From a bacterium (lineage in GTDB: Bacteria > Electryoneota > Electryoneia > Electryoneales > Electryoneaceae), in NCBI GenBank assembly GCA_963669175.1, contig OY769902.1, positions 5,152,001 through 5,216,000 of the forward strand: a DNA stretch of 64,000 nt, in the 5' to 3' direction. Below are positions 19,915 through 30,242 of this stretch, in pieces (the first letter of the stretch is position 1; every line of letters begins with the position of its first letter). The notes under the pieces are model-generated. The model did not search any database. It saw only the letters and a program-made list of their open reading frames with translations, and was not told the DNA's origin. Made by a program: the position numbers and the translations under genes.

Positions 19915-19952
19915 AAAACCGGGACAGCCCCAAAGGGACAGTCCCGTTTTCT
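19915..19952. terminator. Hairpin of the GGGACAG repeat family, probable terminator of the DUF3078 gene
   Basis: AAAACCGGGACAGCCCC-AAA-GGGACAGTCCCGTTTT, imperfect inverted repeat just past the stop at 19975. Confidence 0.45.
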
Positions 19953-19974
19953 TTGTCAAATACAACCCGCCAAA

Positions 19975-20862
19975 TCAGAAACTATAGGTAAACCCGAGCG
20001 AAACGGTTTCCTTGAAGCGTCCGGCCAGGTCGATTTCCTTGTCGTACAGCCACTTGGCGTACAGGTTCACCATAATGTATTTGGTCACGTTCATGGTGAA
20101 GGTCGACTCCAGGCTCATGTCCACTTCTTTCCAGTAGCTGTTCGCGGCGTCGTCTTCCTCGGAATAGTAGAAGGCTTTGTACACGATCAGCTTGCTGTCC
20201 ATTTTGATTTTTTCCGGGACAATCGGCGTGGTCATTTCGGACACGTATTCAAGGCCGGAATCGTTGCCGGTCCACCTGCCACGTTTGCCGGTAGTTTCAT
20301 CCATCAGGAAATTATGGTCCACGTGCTGACGGAAGCCCAGGCCAAGACGATGAATCCAGGTACGGCCTTCCTTGTTCAGCCAAACATCACGCGCAATACC
20401 AACCGCTTCCGAGTAAGTCACCGGGTTGACATAAATGTCTTCTTCACCACGCGAGTCCACAAACTGCGTCAGGATACGTCCACTGACAAACGGATCGACT
20501 ACCCAACCGTGGGTCAAGCGTAAAACCGACTCAAAGTCGATCAGGTCATCCGACTTGATCGGTTCGGACCAGTTGCGTTCTTCGATCGTCTGGTTCTGGG
20601 TCTGTCCGAATTTCAGCTTTAAAGTGTTGCGTGAATTGAACAGCTCGCTGAGTTGCTTCTCGGCAATGCTGTTCAGGGTGAAGGTCCAGGCAAATGACCC
20701 GGCCTCGTCGGTGTCCCAGTTGTCTGAATAGGCGTTCTGGGTCTGTGTCAGGTTAATGTCCGTAGCGAGCTGCCAGCCACCGGGATTGGTGTCCTGGGCG
20801 CTGCTGATAATCGGGAATACAAATGCAAACAAAAGAACGAAAAAGAGTACCGTGCGCTTCAT
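19975..20862 (-). CDS. Outer-membrane beta-barrel protein (DUF3078-like)
   Basis: Signal peptide from MKRTVL (20862, AGGGGGAG RBS); 'TQNAYSDNW', 'DLIDFES'; C-terminal 'LGFTYSF'. Confidence 0.75.
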   Translation of the reverse strand: MKRTVLFFVLLFAFVFPIISSAQDTNPGGWQLATDINLTQTQNAYSDNWDTDEAGSFAWTFTLNSIAEKQLSELFNSRNTLKLKFGQTQNQTIEERNWSEPIKSDDLIDFESVLRLTHGWVVDPFVSGRILTQFVDSRGEEDIYVNPVTYSEAVGIARDVWLNKEGRTWIHRLGLGFRQHVDHNFLMDETTGKRGRWTGNDSGLEYVSEMTTPIVPEKIKMDSKLIVYKAFYYSEEDDAANSYWKEVDMSLESTFTMNVTKYIMVNLYAKWLYDKEIDLAGRFKETVSLGFTYSF

Positions 20863-20978
20863 GTCTCCCCCTGAATTGGAAATGTTCGATGCGCCAATAT
20901 AGGCTTGTAATACTGACAGGTCAGGTGACAAATCGCAAAGGTGGGGGTTCCGGGAGGTTGAATACCGACTGCACGCAG

Positions 20979-21199
20979 TTGGCCCCGCCGGCTTGAAGCA
21001 CGCTGAAGCGAAGCGGAAGCGGCTGCCCGGCGGGGTTTATTGTACTTCAAGAGTGCAGTCCTTCGGTTTTGTAGCCCGGACCGCCCTCGGTCCGGGTAGC
21101 AAGATCCCCGACAGCAAGCAGTCGGGCCAAACGGCCTTGGCCCCGCCGGCTTGAAGCATGCTGTAGCGAAGCGGAAGCGGCTGCCCGGCGGGGTTTATT
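20979..21199. repeat. Two copies of a ~63-bp palindromic repeat flanking a GTAG-type REP and a CCCGAC...GTCGGG hairpin
   Basis: TTGGCCCCGCCGGCTTGAAGCA..CTG.AGCGAAGCGGAAGCGGCTGCCCGGCGGGGTTTATT at 20979-21041 and 21137-21199; GTAG-CCCGGACCG-CCCT-CGGTCCGGG at 21071-21096. Confidence 0.85.
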
Positions 21200-21434
21200 C
21201 TTAATGAATAAGCGAGTTCAGTCCTTCTGTTTTATACCCCACTGATGATCCCAGCCCCTGACAACTGCATTCAGGAACAGGCTCTTCGTGAGCAGTCGGG
21301 CCAAGCGGATACTGGTCAAGAGCGCATACAGGCCATGCAAGGCAAGTATTGTCTGTGTACATGCGAAACCCGGGTGCAAGCACCCGGGCCACCCATCAAA
21401 GCTACACGGTTCGAAACAGTATTACTTGAATCCG

Positions 21435-22349
21435 CTATTTACTTTTCTCCAGCGGAATCTGGATTTCAACCACCATCTGATCCGGGGGTGTTTCATCAGG
21501 CTTGGTGTGATAGATTTCGAGACTTGGCGCATCTTTGGTCTCGTACCCACTTGTCGGCAACCAATCACGCATCAGGGCGATATAGGTATCATTCAATCCC
21601 TCCAGGCTGCCACGATGCAGGTAGCTGGCATAGATCCCCGCGGGTATGGTCTGGATATCCACACCCGGTCCCGGTTCGACATCCGCATCTCCCAGGGTGA
21701 TACAGGCATCATAGCGCAGGTTCTCCGCAGGGGTCACTTCGGGGTCGTCATAGCTCAACCCGAAAAACTGCGGTCCTTTGGCCAGCAATCCTGCCGGACC
21801 TGCCCACCCGCAGAGTGTTTCCCATGCCGCATGACAATTCTCGTAGGGACCGATATGCCTGACCGATGCGATCTTTGTTTCTGTACGTTCGATGATTTTC
21901 ACATCCATGATCCTGCCCTCCTTTTGCGGCGTGAATACCTCGATCCAGCCGTTTTCACTGTAATGAATGTCGGAGGGAGCGTAAGCTTTCGGGACAAACC
22001 GATGTTCTTTGCGGTACGCGCTGGGCGTCTGCTGAAAGGCTGCCCTGAAGGCTCGTGAAAACGCTTCATGGGTCTCGTACCCGGCATCGAACGCGATATG
22101 GCTGATCGGCTTCTCAGTGGATTTCAACTGGTAAGCGGCACGTTCCAGCCGTAACCGACGCACGTGCTCCAGAACCGGTTCCCCGACCATCCCCTTGAAC
22201 AGGCGATGGAAATAAAACGGGGATACATTCGCCACTTCCGCAAGCGTTTCCAGCGACAAAGCTTCGTCCAGGTGCTGCTGGATGTACAGCAACACGCGCA
22301 TCACTCTTCGGTTGTAGTCGTAGCCTTGCATGGGTTGTCCGTTGCTCAT
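21435..22349 (-). CDS. AraC-family transcriptional regulator with GyrI-like effector domain
   Basis: 'LSLETLAEVANVSPFYFHRLF', 'IAFDAGYETHEAFSRAF', C-terminal 'DDPEVTP..LRYDAC'; GAGGAG RBS before 22349. Confidence 0.92.
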   Translation of the reverse strand: MSNGQPMQGYDYNRRVMRVLLYIQQHLDEALSLETLAEVANVSPFYFHRLFKGMVGEPVLEHVRRLRLERAAYQLKSTEKPISHIAFDAGYETHEAFSRAFRAAFQQTPSAYRKEHRFVPKAYAPSDIHYSENGWIEVFTPQKEGRIMDVKIIERTETKIASVRHIGPYENCHAAWETLCGWAGPAGLLAKGPQFFGLSYDDPEVTPAENLRYDACITLGDADVEPGPGVDIQTIPAGIYASYLHRGSLEGLNDTYIALMRDWLPTSGYETKDAPSLEIYHTKPDETPPDQMVVEIQIPLEKSK

Positions 22350-22559
22350 CACTCCTCCTCTTGCCTGCACCAAGGTCAGGAATCAGGGATGATAGTGCTT
22401 GACATGTTTTGCGGAAAACTTATCCGATCTTGCTATTTTGGGAAGATAACGAATTCGACTGTCTTTCCAATTCCATTTCTTCACTTTTATCGTAATGGCA
22501 ATCTCAGTATCTTGCTTTCCGCCAGCGAACGATTATCGGTAATCAATTTTGGATCACTC

Positions 22560-23777
22560 ATGCGGAAGCGGAACATTCTTTTTGTACTGAACGACACCCA
22601 GGGTGGCGCAACATTAAGCGCACGTGATGTGATAAGAGCGCTTCGGAGCACTGGACGCTATCGAGTATTTGTCGTAGTTTCGGATACTCGTACCGACGCG
22701 AAGCGGGAACAGTGGGACCATATTCTACAGGAGGTGGATGGCGGGAAACGTCTGTTCTTGCCATGGTGGTCATTGGAGTATCGTTTATCAGCCACGCGTT
22801 GCACCTTGCGCTACATCAACACCTTGCGGTCCACCCGTTTCCACTGGATTCCGATCCATAATATTGTTCACCTGATCGAGAAATGGAAGATTGACATTGT
22901 TCATACCAATACTTCCCTGAATATACAGGGCGCAATTGCCGCCAGGATAACCGGCAAGCCTCATCTCTGGCACATTCGTGAGGTCATCGGCCCTGACCGT
23001 CTGTTCCGATTCCCGCCCCCATTCTCATTGATCAAGAAGATATTTTATGGCCTGTCAACCCGGGTTGTTTTCAATTCGAAGGAAAGCGCTTCAGCGTTAG
23101 ACGGTCCTTCTCATAAGAAAGCTATTGTATTACCCAATGCGATCCCGCTCGAATCATTTGTTGATCCTGACGCACGGAAACGCGGGCTGGCGTTCCGCCG
23201 AAAACTGGGCTTGAATGATGACAATATCATGGTTGGCATGATCGCGAACCTGACCTCGCCCAAGCACCAGGATTTGTTCATCCAGGCAGCGGAAACACTG
23301 GCCGCTCAAAACAGCAACACCCGATTTGTCATCATCGGTGCGATACCGGAGCCGACGACAGCACATGCCCAGGAAATCCTGAACCTGGTCGCGAAATCAC
23401 AGGTCCGGGATCAGATTATCCTGGCAGGATTTCAGGAAGATGTTCCGGCAGTGGTGCATGCCATGGACATTATGCTGCATACATCCATTGATGAGAGTTT
23501 CGGACGAGTGATCATTGAAGCAATGGCGGCAGGTAAACCTGTTGTCTGTTTCCGTTCCGGCGGTCCTCAGCACATCGTGCAACATGGGATAACAGGCTAC
23601 ATGGCAGAGACCGGGAAGGTTGAGCAGTTGGTATCCTTCACTGAAGAACTGATCCAATCAGCCCCAAAGCGTAAAGAGATGGGGCAGGCCGGGTTCCGTC
23701 TGGCACAGCAGGAATATTCTATGACAACCTTTATGGAGAAACTTGAAACGCTCTATAATGACGTGATCGAAGGCTGA
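22560..23777 (+). CDS. Glycosyltransferase family 4
   Basis: 'DIVHTNT', 'HLWHIRE', 'KHQDLFI', 'ESFGRVIIEAMAAGKPVV'. Start taken at MRKRNIL; the longer ORF overlaps the AraC gene. Confidence 0.9.
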   Translation: MRKRNILFVLNDTQGGATLSARDVIRALRSTGRYRVFVVVSDTRTDAKREQWDHILQEVDGGKRLFLPWWSLEYRLSATRCTLRYINTLRSTRFHWIPIHNIVHLIEKWKIDIVHTNTSLNIQGAIAARITGKPHLWHIREVIGPDRLFRFPPPFSLIKKIFYGLSTRVVFNSKESASALDGPSHKKAIVLPNAIPLESFVDPDARKRGLAFRRKLGLNDDNIMVGMIANLTSPKHQDLFIQAAETLAAQNSNTRFVIIGAIPEPTTAHAQEILNLVAKSQVRDQIILAGFQEDVPAVVHAMDIMLHTSIDESFGRVIIEAMAAGKPVVCFRSGGPQHIVQHGITGYMAETGKVEQLVSFTEELIQSAPKRKEMGQAGFRLAQQEYSMTTFMEKLETLYNDVIEG

Positions 23778-26204
23778 TTATCTTTTGATGACCGTAACCC
23801 CATCTCCCCCTTCACCGGGTTCACCGTCACGGAATGCCCATACACTGCCACTGCGACGCAAGTGTTGACGAACCAGGCTTCTCAGAGCGCCGGTTCCTTT
23901 CCCGTGAACGATACGTGCGAACGACATTCCGGCCAGTTCCAACGCTTCGAGATAACGTCCCAGCTCTTCTTCCGCTTCTTCGTAGCGTTTGCCTCGTAAA
24001 TCCAGTTCCATTGAGACCGGCTCATCATCCGCAGGCTGAAGCACGACTTGTACGCCGCCGCCCTTTGGCTTCTCTCCCTGTATCGGCGTCATTTGCTCAA
24101 GCGGCATCCACAACTTTATAGAACCGACAGCGACTTGTGCACGATTCCCCTGCAAGGCCAGCACTTCACCCTTCTCGCCATTTTCCAGCTTTACCCGGCT
24201 TCCCACTTTCACCGGCTCTGGCAGATCTGGCTTTACCGGCTTTTTCGCAACCGGTTTTTGTGCCTTCTCTTTCTTAGGCTTCATTTTCGGTTGAACCGGC
24301 CGTTTTTTCGGGGCCATTCCAGCACGAATGGACTCAACAACTTCCTTCTGAGTATCTACCAGCTCATGCGCCTTTTTGATCGCTTCTTTGGAGGCCTGGT
24401 TCTCACGGATTTCTTTCACCGCCTTTTCGATCGTGCGGTTCGCCTCTTTCAGGATGATATCCGCTTCACGAGCCGCTTCACCCGCGAGCTGCTTTTTGTC
24501 CCTGTCAAGAACATCCAGGCGTTCCCGTAGCAACCGTTCCAATCCGGCCGTGCGTGTCGATTTAATTTCCAGCGAACGCTGTAATTCTTCCGTCTTCTCA
24601 AGACGACCGGAAAGCTCCTCAATCAGGTCTTCCATCTTCAAGCGTTCCTGGCCTAACAGGTCACGCGAACGCCGGATAATCTTTGCCGGAAGGCCGACCC
24701 GGTCAGCGATCTCAAGCGCATAGGAGGAACCGGGTGTGTCCGCCTGAAAACGGTAGGTCGGACATAACTTCTCACGGTCGAACTGCATGGAACCGTTTCG
24801 AACACCTTTGTTCTTATGCGCGAACAGCTTCAGCTCACCCATATGAGTGGTTACTACCGCCCACCAGCGTTTACGGACGATTTCCTCCAGGTACGCCATA
24901 GCCAGTACGGAGCCTTCTGTTGGGTCCGTGCCGGCGGCAATCTCATCGATCAGGATCAGCTTCGATTCGCCGGTGTCGGCGAATACTTCGTTCAAGCGGG
25001 TGAGGTGCCCGGAAAAAGACGAGAGGTCGCTTTCCAGCGATTGATCATCACCGATGATCACATGCCATGCATCAATCGGCGGTATGGATGTATCAGCCCC
25101 CACTGGTGGAATGATTCCCGCATGCGCCATCATGGTGATCAGGCCGAGTGTCTTTAAGGCTACCGTCTTGCCGCCTGCGTTCGGCCCCGTTATAATCAGG
25201 GTTCGGCTGTTCGATTCGAGCTGCATGTTCAACGGGATGGTGGCCTTCAGCCCTTTCCGGTTCAGCAGCAGTGGATGTCGCGCCTCCACCAGCTTCAGGT
25301 CGCCTCCCCCCAGAACGGGCTTGAAGGCGCCGCATTTCTCAGCATAGACAGCACGCGCCTGCAAGCTGTCCAATTCCGCCACGGTAGCCATCGTGGTCCG
25401 GATGTCCGCCAAGCGTTCACGGACCTGATCGGTGAGTTCAGTCAGAATCCGTCGCTCTTCCTGTAATTCTTCTTCCATCAGGCGGCGAATCTCATTGGCT
25501 ACTTCAACCAATTCATCGGGCTCGATATATACTGTACCACCGCTGGCCGAATGGCTGTAGACAATTCCCCGGATCTTGGACCGATAACTGGATTTCACCG
25601 CAAGCACAAAACGGTCATCTTCTACCGTATACCCGATATCCAACAAGTAGCCCAGACCGCTGAACTTTTTCAGCAAGTCGTCCAGTTTTCTCCGGTTCTT
25701 CTGATGAGACGACCGTAGAGAATGCCGGATCTCACGCAGTTTGGTGGAAGCATTATCCTTTACTATCGCTGAATCGGAATCAATCTTTGCATGTATTTCG
25801 GACACCAGTTCAGGCGCATCGATAAGCCGTTCAGCCAGGTGAGTCAAAGAAGCGAGCAGTTCATCTTCTTCCAGGATATGCCTTCTCAGCTTTATCGCCC
25901 CGCGAATCACACCGGCAATATCAAGCAGCTCACCCGGTTGCAGAAACGAGCCGGGAATGCGACACTGTTTGACTGGTTTGGTCACGTCCCGGATGCCTTC
26001 GAAAACGAGTCCCTTGTCGCGCTGTAACGCGATCATCAAGTCCTGGATGCGCTGGAATTCACGTTCCTGCAAGTCTTGAAGGGGGCGTGGTTCGAGAGCG
26101 AGGATGTCCTGACGGCCATAATCTGTAAAGGCATGGCTGCTGATTATCTCGAGAACGGACTGAAAATTCAGTGCCTGAAGCGGTTGGTGGTGACGTGTAT
26201 CCAT
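23778..26204 (-). CDS. mutS2: Endonuclease MutS2
   Basis: 'ITGPNAGGKT', 'IGDDQSLESDLSSFSGH', 'LIDEIAAGTDPTEG', C-terminal Smr domain 'LDLRG...IVHGKGTG'. Confidence 0.95.
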   Translation of the reverse strand: MDTRHHQPLQALNFQSVLEIISSHAFTDYGRQDILALEPRPLQDLQEREFQRIQDLMIALQRDKGLVFEGIRDVTKPVKQCRIPGSFLQPGELLDIAGVIRGAIKLRRHILEEDELLASLTHLAERLIDAPELVSEIHAKIDSDSAIVKDNASTKLREIRHSLRSSHQKNRRKLDDLLKKFSGLGYLLDIGYTVEDDRFVLAVKSSYRSKIRGIVYSHSASGGTVYIEPDELVEVANEIRRLMEEELQEERRILTELTDQVRERLADIRTTMATVAELDSLQARAVYAEKCGAFKPVLGGGDLKLVEARHPLLLNRKGLKATIPLNMQLESNSRTLIITGPNAGGKTVALKTLGLITMMAHAGIIPPVGADTSIPPIDAWHVIIGDDQSLESDLSSFSGHLTRLNEVFADTGESKLILIDEIAAGTDPTEGSVLAMAYLEEIVRKRWWAVVTTHMGELKLFAHKNKGVRNGSMQFDREKLCPTYRFQADTPGSSYALEIADRVGLPAKIIRRSRDLLGQERLKMEDLIEELSGRLEKTEELQRSLEIKSTRTAGLERLLRERLDVLDRDKKQLAGEAAREADIILKEANRTIEKAVKEIRENQASKEAIKKAHELVDTQKEVVESIRAGMAPKKRPVQPKMKPKKEKAQKPVAKKPVKPDLPEPVKVGSRVKLENGEKGEVLALQGNRAQVAVGSIKLWMPLEQMTPIQGEKPKGGGVQVVLQPADDEPVSMELDLRGKRYEEAEEELGRYLEALELAGMSFARIVHGKGTGALRSLVRQHLRRSGSVWAFRDGEPGEGGDGVTVIKR

Positions 26205-26257
26205 ATCGGTAACATCGAAAAACGACTGTTTTCTACCTCAACTTTACTGGTTTGCTG

Positions 26258-26962
26258 TTATTTATCCTTCTGGACCACAGCCATCAGGTTCACGGCCAGG
26301 AAAGGTATTCGGGTCATATCCTGCGAGAACAGGGTTTTCTGGAGAAAGGTTCGCAACAAGGCGGGTCTGGCCCGGTCCATCGGTGCCATGATATACCAGA
26401 TACGCACCTTGGAGAACCCCCCATCCCGTAGCAGGTTGTACAGTCTTCTACGTGTGTATATGCGTGCTTTGGCCCAGCGTTCATGAAGCGGTGTCGGCAA
26501 CCAGGAAAAAAACGGCACCCGATTCCAGGGCAGCAGAGGCAGATAAGCGCCATGAGTTTCAAAAACCCACCACTTATTCGGCACTGAGATTACTGCCTGC
26601 CCGCCCGGTTTTAATACTCGGTAAAATTCCCTCACAGCTTCATGCGGGTCGTTGACATGCTCCAGAACCTCAAAGCTGGTGATGGCATCCATACTTTCGC
26701 TTTTAAACGGGAGATATTCACCGGCAGCGGCGACCCAACCAGCATCAACCGTAGATTGCGCCATGGGGTGAACCTGTACATCCACGCCGATGACCTGCTT
26801 GAAATCCTGTACAAACAAGGCCGTCTGAGCGCCATTGCCGCATCCGGCGTCCAACAGCCTGCCACCACGTTTCAGGATACGAGAAAGCCGACCGGCTAAC
26901 GTGTACCGGCGGGAAAGGATCTTTTCGCCTGTCTCAGCAGGTTTACCCAGTGCAACATTCAT
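26258..26962 (-). CDS. Class I SAM-dependent methyltransferase
   Basis: 'LLDAGCGNG', 'FEVLEHV', 'RVLKPGG'. Confidence 0.9.
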   Translation of the reverse strand: MNVALGKPAETGEKILSRRYTLAGRLSRILKRGGRLLDAGCGNGAQTALFVQDFKQVIGVDVQVHPMAQSTVDAGWVAAAGEYLPFKSESMDAITSFEVLEHVNDPHEAVREFYRVLKPGGQAVISVPNKWWVFETHGAYLPLLPWNRVPFFSWLPTPLHERWAKARIYTRRRLYNLLRDGGFSKVRIWYIMAPMDRARPALLRTFLQKTLFSQDMTRIPFLAVNLMAVVQKDK

Positions 26963-27028
26963 GAATTCACTTTACCCCTGTTAAATCCAGCATAAAACTA
27001 CTGCCGGCAAACGATCCTCACAAGCATT

Positions 27029-27059
27029 AAAAGAGCCCGGTCAGTTTCTAACCGGGCCC
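27029..27059 (-). terminator. Rho-independent terminator
   Basis: Minus strand GGCCCGGTTAG-AAA-CTGACCGGGCTC-TTTT after the stop at 27085. Confidence 0.7.
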
Positions 27060-27084
27060 GGAATATCGATTCTGGATGAAAGGG

Positions 27085-29400
27085 CTACTTCATCAGGATC
27101 AGCGCTTTCATCTGGGTTTCGTTGCCGATGGAAACGCGCAGGAAATACGTGCCCGAAGCGTTGTTCACGGCATTCCACTGAAGCTGGCTGACACCGGCAG
27201 GCAGATAACCATTGGTCAGGGTAACAACTTCACGTCCCAGCGCATCAAACACAACCGCGTGGACACGATCACTGTGCTGCAGGCTGATGGACACGTTGGA
27301 CACCGGGTTAAACGGGTTGGGATACGCATCAACCAGGCCGTGGGTCAGCGGCAGGTTCTGATCATCGACATCGGTATATGGGAACACGTCAATGGTCAAC
27401 ACCTCGTCGGTGGTGCCGTATTCGTTCAATGTCACATTGTTGCAAAGAATCTGAGCTGACTCTTCCACATTGCGAAGACGGAAGGAGAGTTCCAACAAGG
27501 TACCGTTCTCGCCAACCGGTGCAGTGCGTGCGACATAAATACGCGCCCCATCTTCCCGCATGGTGTAGGATGCAGAGGCGCCGGGTTCCACCGCGCTGAT
27601 CATCGCCAGGTTGATTTGAGTCGGATCGAATTGCAGGTCGACAGTTGCCGCCAGAACATCTTCAGCATATTCAATCTGGATCGGAACCGTAAAGGTGCCT
27701 GTAACCGATGCATTCACTTCTTCTGGCGCAATTGGCGTACCTTCTCCGGTAGCCCAGAACTGGCCGTTTTGTGCCGGGAATTCATCAATGTTGCCCACAG
27801 TGTATGCCAGAATCAGGGCAGCATCCAATGGCGACAAGGTGCCATCACCGGACACATCGGCAGCAAATATCTCTTGTTCTGTCAGTTCATCACCCTGGGC
27901 AAGATGCGACAGGATCATCGCTGCATCAAACGCCTGCACTTCACCGTTATCGCTGACATCGCCACGCATCCGGTCAATAAAGAGCAGCGAACCATCACGC
28001 GTAATGACTTCCGGATCACCCTCGTTCAGGATGGCAGATTCAAACTCCAGATCAAAGCACTCGCCCTGCGGTGCAGAAGGCGACACCATCGCAACAATCG
28101 CGACAATCGGCCCGGAATCTTCCAGCGGGGAAGGCCCGGCAACTGAAATCTCGACACCGTCTTCTGTCTCATTCCAGTCAAACATCCAGCCATCACCCGG
28201 TAAAATTGGGCTGCCAGGCGCCGGGAATACCGACAGACTATCCAGGTATTCCATGGGCAAACTAATCTCTACTTCAAACGCAGTAATATCATCTTCTACA
28301 TCAACACCACGAATCAGCAAGGGGATACCTACACGGTGTCCCGGAATAGCCATCATATCAGGCATTGCCAGAACGACATAGTCACCCACAACCGTTTCGT
28401 ACCAGTAGGCGCCCAAGTCAGTAATCGTACCATCCGGATCGATTGGGCTCCCCGGATTACCTGCATCAATACAGGGCGAATCTTCTTCCAAATGGAAATC
28501 CAGGTTATTCGGGTCAACCAGCATCGGATCTTCGTAAATCTGATTTGTGCCTGCAATGCTTGAGTCAGACGTCAGGCAATAATTGGCCACATTCGAAACC
28601 TGTCCGTAAAGCGCTGTTCCCAGCGGGAATTGAGAAACATCATTGTAAAGGATGCTGTTTTCAATGGTTCCGCCACCGTACACCTCAACAAATTCAGAGG
28701 CATGCTGATCACCGGTGTTGTTATAGAATGTGATGTGGTCCAGTTCATGTTCGCCATCGTAGTACAGAATCGCACCACCGGCCATGGCATGGTTGAAAGC
28801 AAGCACATTGTGGCTGAATACGCCACCATCGCCGCCGGCAAAGTCAACAGCCGAGCCCAACCGGCCACAGATGTTATGATGGAAAAGTGTGCCGCTGATA
28901 TCAAAATCAACATGATACAGGTAAATGCCGCCACCATCCTGGTTGGCCTGGTTGAAACGGATCTCGCAATTGTACATGGTCAGCTTGCAATAGCGTGCGT
29001 TCATCGCGCCGCCATGTATCGCATATCCCTCAGTGGAAAAACCATACTCAATGATGGTGTTAGCGAAAACAATGGCGTTTTCGTTTTCAGGGATGATAAA
29101 TCCGCCCCAACCCTGGTTGGGATCCTGAGCCGTAAACAGGACCGGATTGCCATCTACACCTTCAGACCAGAACTCGCCTTCGATGTAAAATGCACAATAC
29201 GGCGCAGCCAATACTTCTACACCATCTTCAATGGAAAGAATAGACCCATCCTCAAGCGTCACGTCCGAATCCAGGTAGTACGGTCCATCGTCAACCGTCC
29301 AGGCATAGTCCGTGATCGTTCCTGTGATGTGTGTCTCTGCGAATGCGGCAGGCAGGAGCAAAAACAGGCAGAGAAACGAACTCAAAATAATCGAACGCAT
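27085..29400 (-). CDS. Secreted beta-helix protein with cohesin-dockerin-cohesin modules and T9SS/FlgD domain
   Basis: Signal peptide; 'GGGIY' beta-helix repeats; 'SPCIDAG.P...DPDG...DLGA'; duplicated dockerin 'GDVSDNGEV.AFDA..IL / ADVSGDGTL..LDA..IL' between two cohesin-like segments; YPNPFN. Confidence 0.8.
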   Translation of the reverse strand: MRSIILSSFLCLFLLLPAAFAETHITGTITDYAWTVDDGPYYLDSDVTLEDGSILSIEDGVEVLAAPYCAFYIEGEFWSEGVDGNPVLFTAQDPNQGWGGFIIPENENAIVFANTIIEYGFSTEGYAIHGGAMNARYCKLTMYNCEIRFNQANQDGGGIYLYHVDFDISGTLFHHNICGRLGSAVDFAGGDGGVFSHNVLAFNHAMAGGAILYYDGEHELDHITFYNNTGDQHASEFVEVYGGGTIENSILYNDVSQFPLGTALYGQVSNVANYCLTSDSSIAGTNQIYEDPMLVDPNNLDFHLEEDSPCIDAGNPGSPIDPDGTITDLGAYWYETVVGDYVVLAMPDMMAIPGHRVGIPLLIRGVDVEDDITAFEVEISLPMEYLDSLSVFPAPGSPILPGDGWMFDWNETEDGVEISVAGPSPLEDSGPIVAIVAMVSPSAPQGECFDLEFESAILNEGDPEVITRDGSLLFIDRMRGDVSDNGEVQAFDAAMILSHLAQGDELTEQEIFAADVSGDGTLSPLDAALILAYTVGNIDEFPAQNGQFWATGEGTPIAPEEVNASVTGTFTVPIQIEYAEDVLAATVDLQFDPTQINLAMISAVEPGASASYTMREDGARIYVARTAPVGENGTLLELSFRLRNVEESAQILCNNVTLNEYGTTDEVLTIDVFPYTDVDDQNLPLTHGLVDAYPNPFNPVSNVSISLQHSDRVHAVVFDALGREVVTLTNGYLPAGVSQLQWNAVNNASGTYFLRVSIGNETQMKALILMK

Positions 29401-29679
29401 AATAACCTCCCGTGCTGGAACAACTCGATATACGCAATTTCCGTCTCGTCGTTACTAAACTAGGAACGTCATCTTCCGCGGTGCAATAGACCTTCAGCAA
29501 AAAGGGAAAAGAAAATGTCTCCTGGAGCAGAAACAAATACAACCATTTCACGGGTTACAGCGATGAAACAATCCTTATTGTTAAGAAATTGTTAACTGAA
29601 CATTCATCCCTGCTCAGACAAACAGATAACACCAAAACAGACTGCTATTTCAGCTTTTACAGATAGCACAACAAGCATT

Positions 29680-29945
29680 CTCAACAAAATCTCTCTTTGC
29701 ATTGATATTCTTGCTGTTCTCGATTTTATTCCGACATAATAAAGATTGCCGGGAAAAGGGGACGGGATCCTTTTCCTCGCGCTTATGCAGAATATTCCTG
29801 AAGTATTCATGGAAAAGGAAACTGTCCCCTTTTTGCGTGTAATTCATGCCTGCTCTCAGGAAAAAGGGTACAGCCACCTTTCCCGGTCCATGTTCACAAC
29901 GGGAAGGCTTTACCCCAGGGAAAGGAGGCAGTCCCCTTTTTCATC
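29680..29945. repeat. Uninterrupted paralogue of the repeat that hosts the IS110 and the MITE at 3.1-5.1 kb
   Basis: TTCTCGATTTTATTCCG...GATTGCCGGGAAAAGGGGAC.GGATCCTTTTCCTC...GGAAACT.. CCCCTTTTT..TGTAATTC.TGCCT.CTC, colinear with 3148-3151/4524-4625/5102-5145. Confidence 0.85.
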
Positions 29946-30242
29946 ACTTTTTTCCAACTATATAGTTGATCCTTCACCGATATAGAACCTGACCATATGA
30001 CGGATTAATAATGGGAATCGCTATTCTTGCTGCACCAGGATCAGAGTAATCAATCTGTTTTCCCAGCTCAATTGTATACGATTTGGCGCCTCGCCATTTC
30101 GTGTGGGTAAGTATATCCATATAACGACAACAAGATAGACCAGATCACTTTTCATGTCCACTAAAGGTGGAGTATACCGCAAAAGAGATAAACAGTAACC
30201 GACCATCAACCTTCGCTAAGCTTCAGTATTATAGACGGGCGC

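Noticed and set aside
22164-22559. Long N-terminal extension of the GT4 ORF
   Set aside because: It overlaps the AraC gene on the opposite strand; the GT4 fold starts at MRKRNIL (22560).
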